64,000 nt of DNA, taken from the sequence record NC_027402.1; one strand, written 5' to 3'. Below the pieces are notes generated by a model, which was given only the letters and a program-made list of their open reading frames with translations, had not been told where the DNA came from and searched no databases. The translations under genes were made by a program, and so were the position numbers. Positions 9,768 through 18,796 of the stretch are shown here, in pieces (within the stretch, counting starts at the first letter, position 1; each line of letters opens with the position of its first letter).

Positions 9768-10306
9768 AAATATTCATTGATTTACTCGATGACGAATTTC
9801 GCGAAATATTTCCAGCGGCGTTGTTCGAGTTTAAGCGTAAGTGTGAAGACTATCTGATACCAAAGAATATCGATCGTCAGCACCTCGCCGGGCTTATCTC
9901 TGCGGCGTACGTCAACATCGCGGTAAATGAAGTTCATCAACTCGCGCAACGTATTGCTTGTTTTGAATACAACGATGAAGACATTGAAGACGGCTTCCTG
10001 CAGTCTAAGATGGGTCGTTTCTCGCTCGAACTTAAAACCGATGAGGTTATTGATAAAGTCGGTAAGGCGTTTGATGAGATGAAAGACATCGAAATGATGA
10101 TCAAGATGTCTGGTCCAGAAGCAGGCCCATTGAAAGAAGCGTGGGAACATCTCAACCGCGACGAGTATAAAGAGATGTACATGGGTGAGTTCACCACCAT
10201 GTTACGTCACCTTGAAGCACAGGTCTGGGAGCATATCGTTTCGCGTCTGAAAGAAATACTGATTGTGGTCGAGCCAATGCAGCCTCTTTCTATCAGTAAA
10301 TTCTAA
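9764..10306 (+). CDS. hypothetical acidic helical protein (180 aa)
   Basis: Overlaps the previous stop; followed by a terminator. Confidence 0.7.
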   Translation: MKIFIDLLDDEFREIFPAALFEFKRKCEDYLIPKNIDRQHLAGLISAAYVNIAVNEVHQLAQRIACFEYNDEDIEDGFLQSKMGRFSLELKTDEVIDKVGKAFDEMKDIEMMIKMSGPEAGPLKEAWEHLNRDEYKEMYMGEFTTMLRHLEAQVWEHIVSRLKEILIVVEPMQPLSISKF

Positions 10307-10317
10307 ATCGGTCCGAA

Positions 10318-10377
10318 ATAAAATAAAGCCTACCCACTCCCGTAAGGGGAGTGGGTACTGCTTACTTTTTATTTTTT
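10318..10377. terminator. bidirectional intrinsic terminator
   Basis: Stem TACCCACTCCC/GGGAGTGGGTA (10331-10357) with A-rich left flank and T-rich right flank, between convergent genes. Confidence 0.85.
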
Positions 10378-11124
10378 GTTTGCTTTCAGGGTCTTGAGGC
10401 GATCACCGGTTACGTTCAGGCATTCTGTCAGTTCATTAATCTGTTTCATAAACAGTCCGAACAGCTCAACCCAGTCAGCACCCATGTCAGCCATTTTCAC
10501 TAACTCTGCCGCCACATTAGGATGGACTTGTGAATTAGAGATAATGTCCACAGAGACATTGATGCTTTCAACTGTACGGTCAATACTTTTCTGAAGTTTC
10601 TTAGTCACTTCCAGGTTCAGCGCTTTGGCACGATTAAATGCAACGTCAATCTCGCCTGCGCTGTGGTAGGTCTTTTCAATCGGACGCTGGTCAATGACGT
10701 TGTTGGTATACGACTTCGCCAGTTTCTCAACCAGATCTTTTGGATTGATATTTTTCAGCGGGTAGTTCAGGTCTTTGAACTTAAACCCAATCGGCAGAGT
10801 TAACATGCCCAGGTCATGGGTCATCGCACCGAAACGTTTATCGATGGGTGTTAAAACCCCTTCCTGAATCTTCTGGAGCACAGCCCATACAGATTCCAAC
10901 CGTTCTATGTGGTCCATCACATACGTGTTGAAGCCCGGAGGTACGGGTACAAGCATTCCGGTAAAGTTTAAAAACTTCTCTTGCTGCATCCACTTGGACA
11001 CATCAGACATGTCGTCATAGGTGGTCAGCGCGAGTTCCTGTTGAGAGCCGCTAAAGGCTTTAGGCAGAATCGTGGATGCTTTGGCAACAAAGCCCGACAA
11101 CGCTGCAAGTGGATTAACATTCAT
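10369..11124 (-). CDS. probable virion (head) protein, 251 aa
   Basis: Isolated minus-strand helical ORF next to the RecA-like gene. Position and size match my recollection of a conserved phiKZ-like head protein. Confidence 0.55.
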   Translation of the reverse strand: MNVNPLAALSGFVAKASTILPKAFSGSQQELALTTYDDMSDVSKWMQQEKFLNFTGMLVPVPPGFNTYVMDHIERLESVWAVLQKIQEGVLTPIDKRFGAMTHDLGMLTLPIGFKFKDLNYPLKNINPKDLVEKLAKSYTNNVIDQRPIEKTYHSAGEIDVAFNRAKALNLEVTKKLQKSIDRTVESINVSVDIISNSQVHPNVAAELVKMADMGADWVELFGLFMKQINELTECLNVTGDRLKTLKANKK

Positions 11125-11222
11125 TCTATCAACCTCGAATATATAAGGGATTGGGCTACATAGTAAGTCTTTTACGTATCACCCAAACCTTATGTACGAG
11201 AACTGCATAAAGGTAACATCTG

Positions 11223-11522
11223 ATGAGAATCAAATTACTGACTCGCGCTTTAACCTCTCGTATCGAACCTGAGATTTACACCACCCCGACGAAGAAGAAT
11301 ACCGATGGTAGTCCGATCGTGGTTGGTAAAATCCTGAACGTGACCACTCGTGCTGATGGTCAGCGCGTTCTGGAAATCGAAATCGACGAACGTAACCGTA
11401 ACCGCTTCAAGGGCATTTCTAATATCAACCCTAAAGATGACAGTCAAGTCACCGAGTGGGCAGAAATGCATTTCGAAGTTTGGCATAAACGTCGTCTGTT
11501 ACTCCCACTGAAAAAACGCTAA
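11223..11522 (+). CDS. small basic hypothetical protein (99 aa)
   Basis: ORF with RBS AAGG, directly upstream of the recombinase. Confidence 0.6.
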   Translation: MRIKLLTRALTSRIEPEIYTTPTKKNTDGSPIVVGKILNVTTRADGQRVLEIEIDERNRNRFKGISNINPKDDSQVTEWAEMHFEVWHKRRLLLPLKKR

Positions 11523-11537
11523 TTGACGGAGCGCTAA

Positions 11538-13031
11538 ATGGCAGGTCCAGCTAAACAAGTCATGGGTGAAGTGATTCGCCCTCGTTTTAACGTATATACC
11601 ATCATGGACCACGCTCTCGGTAACTACGAGCGCGGGGAAGATGGTTTGTACTACCTCAACGGTGGTTTTGCCCACATCATGGGCTTCGCAGGTCGTGGGA
11701 ACACCTTTAAGTCTACCCTATTAGACTTCTGCATTTTCATGATTCTGCAACGTTATAATGCGGCCTGGGGATCGAAATACGATACCGAAGTTACGGCTGC
11801 ATTAAGTCGTCTGGAAACAGGGTACATTTCCGCAGCGAAAGCAAACGGATTAGAAGTATCACCAACTGGCGGCGTGCTGGACCTGATCCACGAAGGTCGT
11901 TACAACATGGTTGGCTCGGATATCATGGCGGGTGAGGAGTATTACTCTGCTTATATCCGTGACGAAGTCGAAAAACGTTTCAAAGAGTATATGGCTGGTA
12001 AGGCACGCGAAACACCATTCCCTGACCCAATCCGTCGCTCTGCGAAAAAGATTCTCGACCCGTGGTTGTACTCGATTGACTCCCTGTCCGAATGGCACAC
12101 CTCTTCTCTGGAAGAGAAACATGCCAAATCAGAAGTCGGTGATTCTGAACAGAACATCCTGAACGCCCACGATGCCCTGCAGAAATCGAATATGATGAGC
12201 CGTTGGCCGTCTGCGTTTGCGCGTGGTGGTTTCTATATGGGCTTCGTTGCTCAGTTGGCCGACGATGCGGGTAAAGCAATGGCGGCAGGTGGCCGTGGTG
12301 GACCGAAGGCGAACGGTAAACTGTTGGACGATGCAGGCGATGATCTGAAGTTTGCGGGTATCCCGCGCCGTCAGTTGTCGTTCTTAACTAACTCCCTGCT
12401 GGTTGCAACCAAGTCTGGTGAGTTGAAGCAGGATCAGACTTACAACGCGAAGACCGGTGTAAACGAAGAGAAATACCCGACTGCGCGTTCGAAGGCAATG
12501 AATGCTTCGGTGAACGACCTGAAAGAAATCGTGTTCACGCAGTACCGTGCGAAAGGTGGTCACACAGGCGTTAAGTTCAAAATGGTCTTCTCACAGGAGA
12601 TGGGTCTGCTTTATCACCTCTCTCTGTGGCATTACCTGAGCGACACACTGAAAGATGAATGGGGCTACAAACGTAGTGGTGCTAATTATACCCTCGATTT
12701 GCTACCTGGTACATCTTTCATGCGTACCACGATTCGCGACATGTGTGACAGCAACCCGCGTTTGCGCCGTGCGTTGGAAATCACCGCCGCACTAGCGTAC
12801 ATGCAGAATAACTACCACCGACTGGAAATGAAATACCATCTCTCACCGGCGGAGCTTTATAAAGTTATCGACGAAAAGTGGGACTGGAATGAAATTCTGG
12901 ACAATACAGTGGAATACTGGATGTTCAAGGATCAGGAAGTCAAAGGTGGTAAGCGTTGCTTAACAGCAATGTCATTACTGGCGATGGCCGTGGATGGTCT
13001 GGAACCTAAGTTCTTGACTAAGAAGAAATAA
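11538..13031 (+). CDS. uvsX: RecA/UvsX-like recombinase (phiKZ gp152-like)
   Basis: Walker A GRGNTFKST, Walker B YSIDSLS, RecA-like order of motifs; synteny with the RNAP beta-C gene. Confidence 0.8.
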   Translation: MAGPAKQVMGEVIRPRFNVYTIMDHALGNYERGEDGLYYLNGGFAHIMGFAGRGNTFKSTLLDFCIFMILQRYNAAWGSKYDTEVTAALSRLETGYISAAKANGLEVSPTGGVLDLIHEGRYNMVGSDIMAGEEYYSAYIRDEVEKRFKEYMAGKARETPFPDPIRRSAKKILDPWLYSIDSLSEWHTSSLEEKHAKSEVGDSEQNILNAHDALQKSNMMSRWPSAFARGGFYMGFVAQLADDAGKAMAAGGRGGPKANGKLLDDAGDDLKFAGIPRRQLSFLTNSLLVATKSGELKQDQTYNAKTGVNEEKYPTARSKAMNASVNDLKEIVFTQYRAKGGHTGVKFKMVFSQEMGLLYHLSLWHYLSDTLKDEWGYKRSGANYTLDLLPGTSFMRTTIRDMCDSNPRLRRALEITAALAYMQNNYHRLEMKYHLSPAELYKVIDEKWDWNEILDNTVEYWMFKDQEVKGGKRCLTAMSLLAMAVDGLEPKFLTKKK

Positions 13032-13035
13032 GCAT

Positions 13036-13060
13036 GGGCGGGGCAACCCGCCTGTTTTTT
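13036..13060 (+). terminator. intrinsic terminator
   Basis: GGGCGGG-GCAA-CCCGCCT followed by GTTTTTT. Confidence 0.75.
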
Positions 13061-13077
13061 CCCCCTGAGGATTAGCG

Positions 13078-13353
13078 ATGCGTTATCAGAAAGATATTGT
13101 AGAGCGTCTGTGTCTGGGTCTCGCTGGTATTAGCCAGGAACTTAGCACCGCGTTCCATAACGAGTTCTCAGCACCGCGACATGCACTGTCTGAATTTAGT
13201 CATCAGGTAAATGCCCATTACGGCAACCTGATTAATGATAAACCGAAGGTTGATGCGGTCGGTGTGCCTGAACACAATGAAGATATCCCGTACTGGATTG
13301 AAGACCTGGAACGTGTGGTTCTTCCAGTGCTCCGCGAGAGGATGAAAAAATGA
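13078..13353 (+). CDS. conserved hypothetical protein (91 aa)
   Basis: RBS GAGGA; ATGA overlap with the RNAP beta-C gene. Confidence 0.65.
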   Translation: MRYQKDIVERLCLGLAGISQELSTAFHNEFSAPRHALSEFSHQVNAHYGNLINDKPKVDAVGVPEHNEDIPYWIEDLERVVLPVLRERMKK

Positions 13354-14018
13354 GATTAGACCCGGCACGGCGAAAAAAAGCAGAAGCTTATGCTTTACAG
13401 TTACTGAACTTAGTTGACCCGACCGGGATTAACGCGGAAGCTGCCAAGCGCGCTTTCTCACGAATGTCTGACGAAGAGTTCAATCGTCTGCGCGAAGGGT
13501 TGCCTGTTTACAACCCAACTGGCGGCAAGGTCAAAATTGACCATATGCGCAATATTAAAATTTGCGAAGCGATGGGACTGAGCTTGTGTCAGCGCCTGTG
13601 GCTCACGGAACCGAAAACCGGTATCCTGCAACGTACCCGTTACCCCCATTTAGTCTTCCGCCTGCCTGCACGTCGCCAGACGCAGATGCAAGAGAAGAAA
13701 ATGGCGGTGGCGAAGAACGATAAAGTCCGCGATAAACTCTCAGGTCAGGTAGTAGGTCCTTCCAAAGCTTCGGGTGTTTCGTTTCCAGAAGCGTACATCA
13801 TGTACTCGGATGGACACGACTCAACGCTCCAGGAGTTCCTGTGGGCGCGTGGTGGTAACGATACGTTACAACGTGCGTTCTATCAATCGCTACGGCAAAC
13901 CGGTAAAGGTCGCATCAACCTGGAAGGGGCTGAGCGGACCAGTTCAAAAGCACCGCGTACATGGTCTTCGTACTTTAAAGCAATGCACATCGGTAACAAC
14001 TTAGGACGCCCGGAATGA
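13350..14018 (+). CDS. virion RNA polymerase beta subunit, C-terminal fragment (phiKZ gp149-like)
   Basis: RDKLSGQVVGPSKASGVSFPEAYIMYSDGHDSTLQEFLWARGG corresponds to the RpoB C-terminal GQR.GEME...L.E.LT region; 222 aa. Confidence 0.75.
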   Translation: MRLDPARRKKAEAYALQLLNLVDPTGINAEAAKRAFSRMSDEEFNRLREGLPVYNPTGGKVKIDHMRNIKICEAMGLSLCQRLWLTEPKTGILQRTRYPHLVFRLPARRQTQMQEKKMAVAKNDKVRDKLSGQVVGPSKASGVSFPEAYIMYSDGHDSTLQEFLWARGGNDTLQRAFYQSLRQTGKGRINLEGAERTSSKAPRTWSSYFKAMHIGNNLGRPE

Positions 14019-14743
14019 GATTAGGACGCCGTTTCTTAGTCGATATCGACACAATCTTCGATACACGAATTGGTTGGGCGAAAGTGTTGCAGCCTGATGT
14101 ATTAGAGAAGCTTGATTTAGAAGTGTATCGGATGCGGTTCACGGATGCGTGGGCCGAAGTGGTAGGAATTCAGGACTGGAATAAAAAGTTCGCGGAGCGT
14201 GATAAACGCGCGTTGCAGAACGCGCAGCCAACAGAAATGTTGCTTACGCTAAAGAACGAAGTACAGGCAATGTTAATGACGATACAGATGCACGCTCCTA
14301 TCGAGCGACCTGTCTTAACGTTTAACCTGTGGCCATACGCCGATCTCGATGATGAAGAACGTCATGCGTTTTTGGAAGAACTGCGCTACTACTACAACGA
14401 AGTGCAAGTAGACGTCGTTGTTATTCCTCACAGCGATCTTACACCAGGACGACTTGCTTCTGCATGGGATGGTTGGATAATGTACGATTGGTATCCGTGG
14501 ATAGAACAACACGCGAGCCATTTCCAGAAACCGATTCCGGATTTTACGATTACCCGACCGAGTATGCTGACCAGCGAATTAACGGAAGAAGCAATCGCGC
14601 AAATAAAAAGAGATAAGGTGAACCCCTTTAAGGAGTCCACCCGTTTTCTTGCCCAATACGTCGGTACTGACGTAAAGGACACTGCGCTGTTTAGTCTTCG
14701 TCGTCATCAGCAGGACGACGACTCGCAAACGCAGACGCCATGA
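14015..14743 (+). CDS. conserved jumbo-phage protein with HAD-like N-terminal DxD motif
   Basis: FLVDIDTIFDTR at the N-terminus; other HAD motifs not evident. Confidence 0.5.
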   Translation: MRLGRRFLVDIDTIFDTRIGWAKVLQPDVLEKLDLEVYRMRFTDAWAEVVGIQDWNKKFAERDKRALQNAQPTEMLLTLKNEVQAMLMTIQMHAPIERPVLTFNLWPYADLDDEERHAFLEELRYYYNEVQVDVVVIPHSDLTPGRLASAWDGWIMYDWYPWIEQHASHFQKPIPDFTITRPSMLTSELTEEAIAQIKRDKVNPFKESTRFLAQYVGTDVKDTALFSLRRHQQDDDSQTQTP

Positions 14744-15161
14744 TCTGGTCAACGTCAATCTTTTCGCCTACTGGTGCCAACTCACCTTCTTTCGGAGGCC
14801 GTACTGCGGCAATCTGTGGGACGGTGGGTTGGTATCCGTTATTTAAATCTTCTTCATCGTCGTGACGTTTGATACCAACGCCTGCACGGGTCATTAAGAA
14901 GCCGTTTAAACTGTTGGCCAAATCTTGAGTCGCCTCAGCGCCTTTCTCAGCAGCTTTAATTTTCCGCTTCGTCATGACCTGTTTGTCGATGCCGTTGATT
15001 AGGCGCTCGATTCGGTCGACGGCTTTTAAGTCTTTGTGTACTTCACCGTCGTTAACCATATCTGTGACGAGCTTAACGCGTAGCTGTTGTGTTTGGCGGA
15101 GAAGCGAATCTTCGTTGTCCACATCTCCGTCGAACGCTTGGTATTTCACTTCTTCGCTCAT
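14691..15161 (-). CDS. hypothetical protein (156 aa, coiled-coil)
   Basis: RBS GAGG upstream on the minus strand; 3' end overlaps the convergent gene by 53 nt. Confidence 0.65.
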   Translation of the reverse strand: MSEEVKYQAFDGDVDNEDSLLRQTQQLRVKLVTDMVNDGEVHKDLKAVDRIERLINGIDKQVMTKRKIKAAEKGAEATQDLANSLNGFLMTRAGVGIKRHDDEEDLNNGYQPTVPQIAAVRPPKEGELAPVGEKIDVDQIMASAFASRRPADDDED

Positions 15162-15177
15162 GGGATAACCTCATCTC

Positions 15178-15205
15178 AAAAAGAACTCAGACAGATATTA
15201 TCTAT
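15178..15205 (+). promoter_or_regulatory. putative early promoter
   Basis: AAAAAGAACTCAGACAGATATTATCTAT, near-identical to the motif at 46853-46880. Confidence 0.65.
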
Positions 15206-15237
15206 CCGAGACAACATCTCATAATAGGATAACACCT

Positions 15238-15768
15238 ATGCTTTTTAAATGGCTTTCAACACTCCTGCGTCGTAAGGCTGTAGAAGCTCGCAGACGCTCT
15301 TTGGAGGCTGAGTTTCATAAGAATACCCATAACACCCTGCACAGAGTGATGGTGGGCTTAGAACTCATTACAGAGCCTCTGGAATATAATGGGAAAGAAT
15401 ACCTTCCTTTTTCATTGCGTGGACAACTCGAATTACGTATTCGAGATTTTGACACGTTGGTGGAGCGATTGGAATTCTTCATTTCTGAGTATAACCGTGT
15501 ATCCAGTAGCAACATTCCCAATCAACGTTGGTTAGAGTTGCCTGAGGCAATCGATAGAAAAGGAGAGAGTTCAGAACCACGATGGCTTGATCACTATTTC
15601 GGTGCATCCGATCCTGAAGTCGCGCGCGAAAAACTGCGCACGGTCTTCGCTATGTTAGAACAGTATCAGCGTGCATTTGATAAACAAACACCCGAACAGG
15701 ATACGCTGTTTAATCAAACCGCACATATCTTCCGCGAGTTAGAAGTGATAGTGGAACACTATCTCTAA
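15238..15768 (+). CDS. hypothetical protein (176 aa)
   Basis: RBS AAGGA; downstream of the promoter motif. Confidence 0.7.
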   Translation: MLFKWLSTLLRRKAVEARRRSLEAEFHKNTHNTLHRVMVGLELITEPLEYNGKEYLPFSLRGQLELRIRDFDTLVERLEFFISEYNRVSSSNIPNQRWLELPEAIDRKGESSEPRWLDHYFGASDPEVAREKLRTVFAMLEQYQRAFDKQTPEQDTLFNQTAHIFRELEVIVEHYL

Positions 15769-15801
15769 CTTTTAATCTATTCCCTTGTAACAAGGTGATG
15801 T

Positions 15802-16680
15802 ATGGATGATGAGAAAAAGCCGCCGCTGAATAGCACACGCGAGCAAATTTGGCACGGTACGCCACCGGCGTCAGATTCCAGCTACCCGTTAAGGAAAGCT
15901 TATTGGAATCTGGTTAAGTTGATGGGCATTAGCGACGGGATATGGAAAAACCTTATCCGTCAACATGTCAACGACCCGGAGTATCTGAAACAGTTTCGCG
16001 ACAGCAAACTGACCACGATGACCGACCGCGTTAACCGGCTGAACACCTCACTTACGGGTGGTTCAGTACGTAACCTGACAGTCGATTTTACGTGGAAACG
16101 TTTCATCGAGGGATTAGTTATCCTGGAGATGCAAACGCTAACAGTCACCCTGCTGACTAAGCGGGGAAGCTTTGACACGAAGTGTTTTGTATTCGACAGT
16201 ACGTTTGTGCGTGAGGACTTCATTAAGAACTTACGTAATGAGAATAGGAAGAAACGTAAAGAGCGTTTCGAGCATCCTGCATCTCACGACGTTAACGAGT
16301 ATGTCGCGAACATCGACCACACCATCGAACATGTGATGAAGCATATTCTCCTGCGTCTAATCTACAAAGTTATTCGTGGGTATAAAATCGATGGCGATAA
16401 ACTGGAACGGTGGACGACGAACTACGTCAACAACCCTAAGTTGTGCCCAGGCACATCATCCAAACGTGGGGACAGACGAAACAACATGAAACAGGCGATG
16501 CGTCACACCGAGGCAATCACCTGGCGTTGGTTTCTAATAATCTTACAAGCGCTGGACGTACGTGAGTTCGAAATCACTTTCAAAGTTCGCCATCGCAGTG
16601 GTAGAGAATATGAGGTCAGCGACAACGTTCCGTTAGCGACGTATAGATTCTGGAGTTCCAATGAAACTGAACAACCTTGA
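15802..16680 (+). CDS. protein with two tandem homologous domains (292 aa)
   Basis: Repeat units ...HVNDPEYL...SKLTTMTDRVNRL...TWKRFIEGLVILEMQTLTVTL and ...YVNNPKL...SKRGDRRNNM...TWRWFLIILQALDVREFEITF. Confidence 0.7.
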   Translation: MDDEKKPPLNSTREQIWHGTPPASDSSYPLRKAYWNLVKLMGISDGIWKNLIRQHVNDPEYLKQFRDSKLTTMTDRVNRLNTSLTGGSVRNLTVDFTWKRFIEGLVILEMQTLTVTLLTKRGSFDTKCFVFDSTFVREDFIKNLRNENRKKRKERFEHPASHDVNEYVANIDHTIEHVMKHILLRLIYKVIRGYKIDGDKLERWTTNYVNNPKLCPGTSSKRGDRRNNMKQAMRHTEAITWRWFLIILQALDVREFEITFKVRHRSGREYEVSDNVPLATYRFWSSNETEQP

Positions 16681-17935
16681 TGGGATTACCAACCAGATAA
16701 GCAGCACAACGGGCGCAATAGAGAACAAAGTTAACGATGTTCAAAACCGTGTCCAGTCAACGATTGGTAATGCCGAGCGCGGTATTGAAAGTGCTCAAAA
16801 TTTGTACAATAACGTAACTGCTAAAGCCGGAGAGACGTTCGACAAGATCTCCAACATCGGCAACACGATAAGTGAGAAATTTGGTAACGTGTTCGGGGGT
16901 GGCGACCAAGTCACGGTAGGCGGTAAAAAGGCAGCAGGTTCAGCGGCTTCCGGAGTATCGCCGCCACAACGTGTGCCTACTTTTGCTTCTAACACGAAAG
17001 AAGCGCTGCCGGTTATCGATCCGCAGAAGCGCGATGTGTCCGAACCCTTTCAGAAGGTAAACCAGGAAGGGAAAACTGCACTGAGCTATCTCTCACCGGG
17101 TGGCGCAGGTAGCCTGTTAAGTAAGGGATGGGATACGCTGACTGATCTTCGCGATAGCGCTTTAAGCGCGGTCGGGACAGATTATGCGTCGGTGAAAGCT
17201 CGCCTGGAGTCCACGATGAATATCGCGGGACAGCTTGCCAAACTGCCTGGTGAGGTACAGCGTGAAATCGGTAACTACGTCGATATGGCCAATAGCGCCA
17301 AGTGGCAAGTCACCGCACTGATTGACGATGTTACGCACACGTTTGATAGCTTTAAGGACCTGGACGACTTCTTGTCTATCGACGGGATCATTGATAGCTT
17401 TACGGGCGGGAGTGGGAATTTCTCCTCGCTGGATATCAACACCTCGTCTGCGTTGATATACGGTATGTCCACGAAGCTCAATCAATACGGTCTGCCGAAT
17501 CGCATCGATCCGATGATTCAGGCTATCACCGATCCTGTTGCACAACAAGCGTTGTACGGCGAACTGATGATACAGGCTGCGGCTGCGGGTAATCTCAATT
17601 CTGTTGAGTATTACTTGCCTAAACTACAGCCAGGTCAAGGTGCTGAGATTGCAGATACTGTTATTCAGAATCTTCTGATGAACCTTAACGTTGAGCCGGG
17701 TGTGGGTTACAGCACCTACGGCCAACGACTGTTGACGTTGTTTAAAGCGCTTAATCCAAACTGGGATATCTCTAAAACGAATCCTGGAATGGTTGAGCTT
17801 AAGCTTTACACATACGCCAACAGTAATGCGATTCAAGCACTCCTGACCACCGAGAAACGTCCGTACGTTATCGCCGGTGGTAGTGTCCAATATCAGTCTG
17901 CCAGTACGCTGGTGCAGAGCTATTTCGCCTTGTAA
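16661..17935 (+). CDS. probable virion structural protein (424 aa)
   Basis: N-terminal amphipathic N/S/G-rich helical repeats typical of tail-associated proteins. Role inferred. Confidence 0.55.
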   Translation: MKLNNLDGITNQISSTTGAIENKVNDVQNRVQSTIGNAERGIESAQNLYNNVTAKAGETFDKISNIGNTISEKFGNVFGGGDQVTVGGKKAAGSAASGVSPPQRVPTFASNTKEALPVIDPQKRDVSEPFQKVNQEGKTALSYLSPGGAGSLLSKGWDTLTDLRDSALSAVGTDYASVKARLESTMNIAGQLAKLPGEVQREIGNYVDMANSAKWQVTALIDDVTHTFDSFKDLDDFLSIDGIIDSFTGGSGNFSSLDINTSSALIYGMSTKLNQYGLPNRIDPMIQAITDPVAQQALYGELMIQAAAAGNLNSVEYYLPKLQPGQGAEIADTVIQNLLMNLNVEPGVGYSTYGQRLLTLFKALNPNWDISKTNPGMVELKLYTYANSNAIQALLTTEKRPYVIAGGSVQYQSASTLVQSYFAL

Positions 17936-17944
17936 GGTACCTCT

Positions 17945-18796
17945 ATGTCGAAAGATGAAGGTAAGTTTTTGCGTAGTGCGTTGGAACGTCTACGTGTCGA
18001 TGGTGCATCGGTGGATGCTTTGGCGGCTGCTTTTGGGTTTACGTTGCCCGCCTCGGTAGAAGCCACATATCCTGTTTTACGTCCCATCCTCCCACCAGAA
18101 GAAAAGGAAGCCTTTGTACGCTATTTACTGCGTATGGGTTACCAGAGTACCTTGGTGGATATCACGCCGTCTACAGACGGTCTGAATCACTTCAACATCT
18201 ATTCGCAGGGTCGAACTGAGATAGGTCGGATGGCGAGTAACTTCTATGCTCGCCCTGGTGAGTATTTTGTTACCCCCCACGGGCCTTTCCGAACGCTCGA
18301 GGGTTATTACCACTATCTGCGTATTCTGGATTACCTGATGCGTGAGATTGATGACCGCACTCTGGTGATGGAATTTGATATCATGCGACAGGCAGTGAAC
18401 ACCTGGCCTGATATTGAGAAGTTGCGTGCACTAGATGGCACCGACTGTATCCGGCTAGGTCGTAATCTGAAAGCGGAAATCTACGGAGGAACCAGTTATA
18501 AGCCCGGTTCATTTACCCCGGTTACAGAAAGCCGTTTTATCCATGCGCTGGTAAATAAACTCTTTATACTGTCGGTCGACGGGACATCGTTAGGTAATGT
18601 ATTTGCAGAGATTCTGCGAGCACGTATCCCGCTTAAGCATTATTACATGATGCAAGGGCGTAAGATATTCCCAGCACACTGGGACTGGCTACCAAATCTG
18701 ATTGAGATGATAGCTGAACATATCGATCCTGAGGACAGTACGTTTGATCGAACCGAACTTTTGAAGAAACTAGGAATCGATGATGGGACTATTTGA
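17945..18796 (+). CDS. NADAR-superfamily-like protein (T4 gp30.3-like) with N-terminal extension
   Basis: NIYSQGRTEIGRMASNFY...F.TPHGPFRTLEGYYHYL and LRALDGTDCIRLGR match my recollection of the NADAR/T4 30.3 motifs LSNF...F..dG..F..lEG and LSG.aA...GR. Confidence 0.6.
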   Translation: MSKDEGKFLRSALERLRVDGASVDALAAAFGFTLPASVEATYPVLRPILPPEEKEAFVRYLLRMGYQSTLVDITPSTDGLNHFNIYSQGRTEIGRMASNFYARPGEYFVTPHGPFRTLEGYYHYLRILDYLMREIDDRTLVMEFDIMRQAVNTWPDIEKLRALDGTDCIRLGRNLKAEIYGGTSYKPGSFTPVTESRFIHALVNKLFILSVDGTSLGNVFAEILRARIPLKHYYMMQGRKIFPAHWDWLPNLIEMIAEHIDPEDSTFDRTELLKKLGIDDGTI

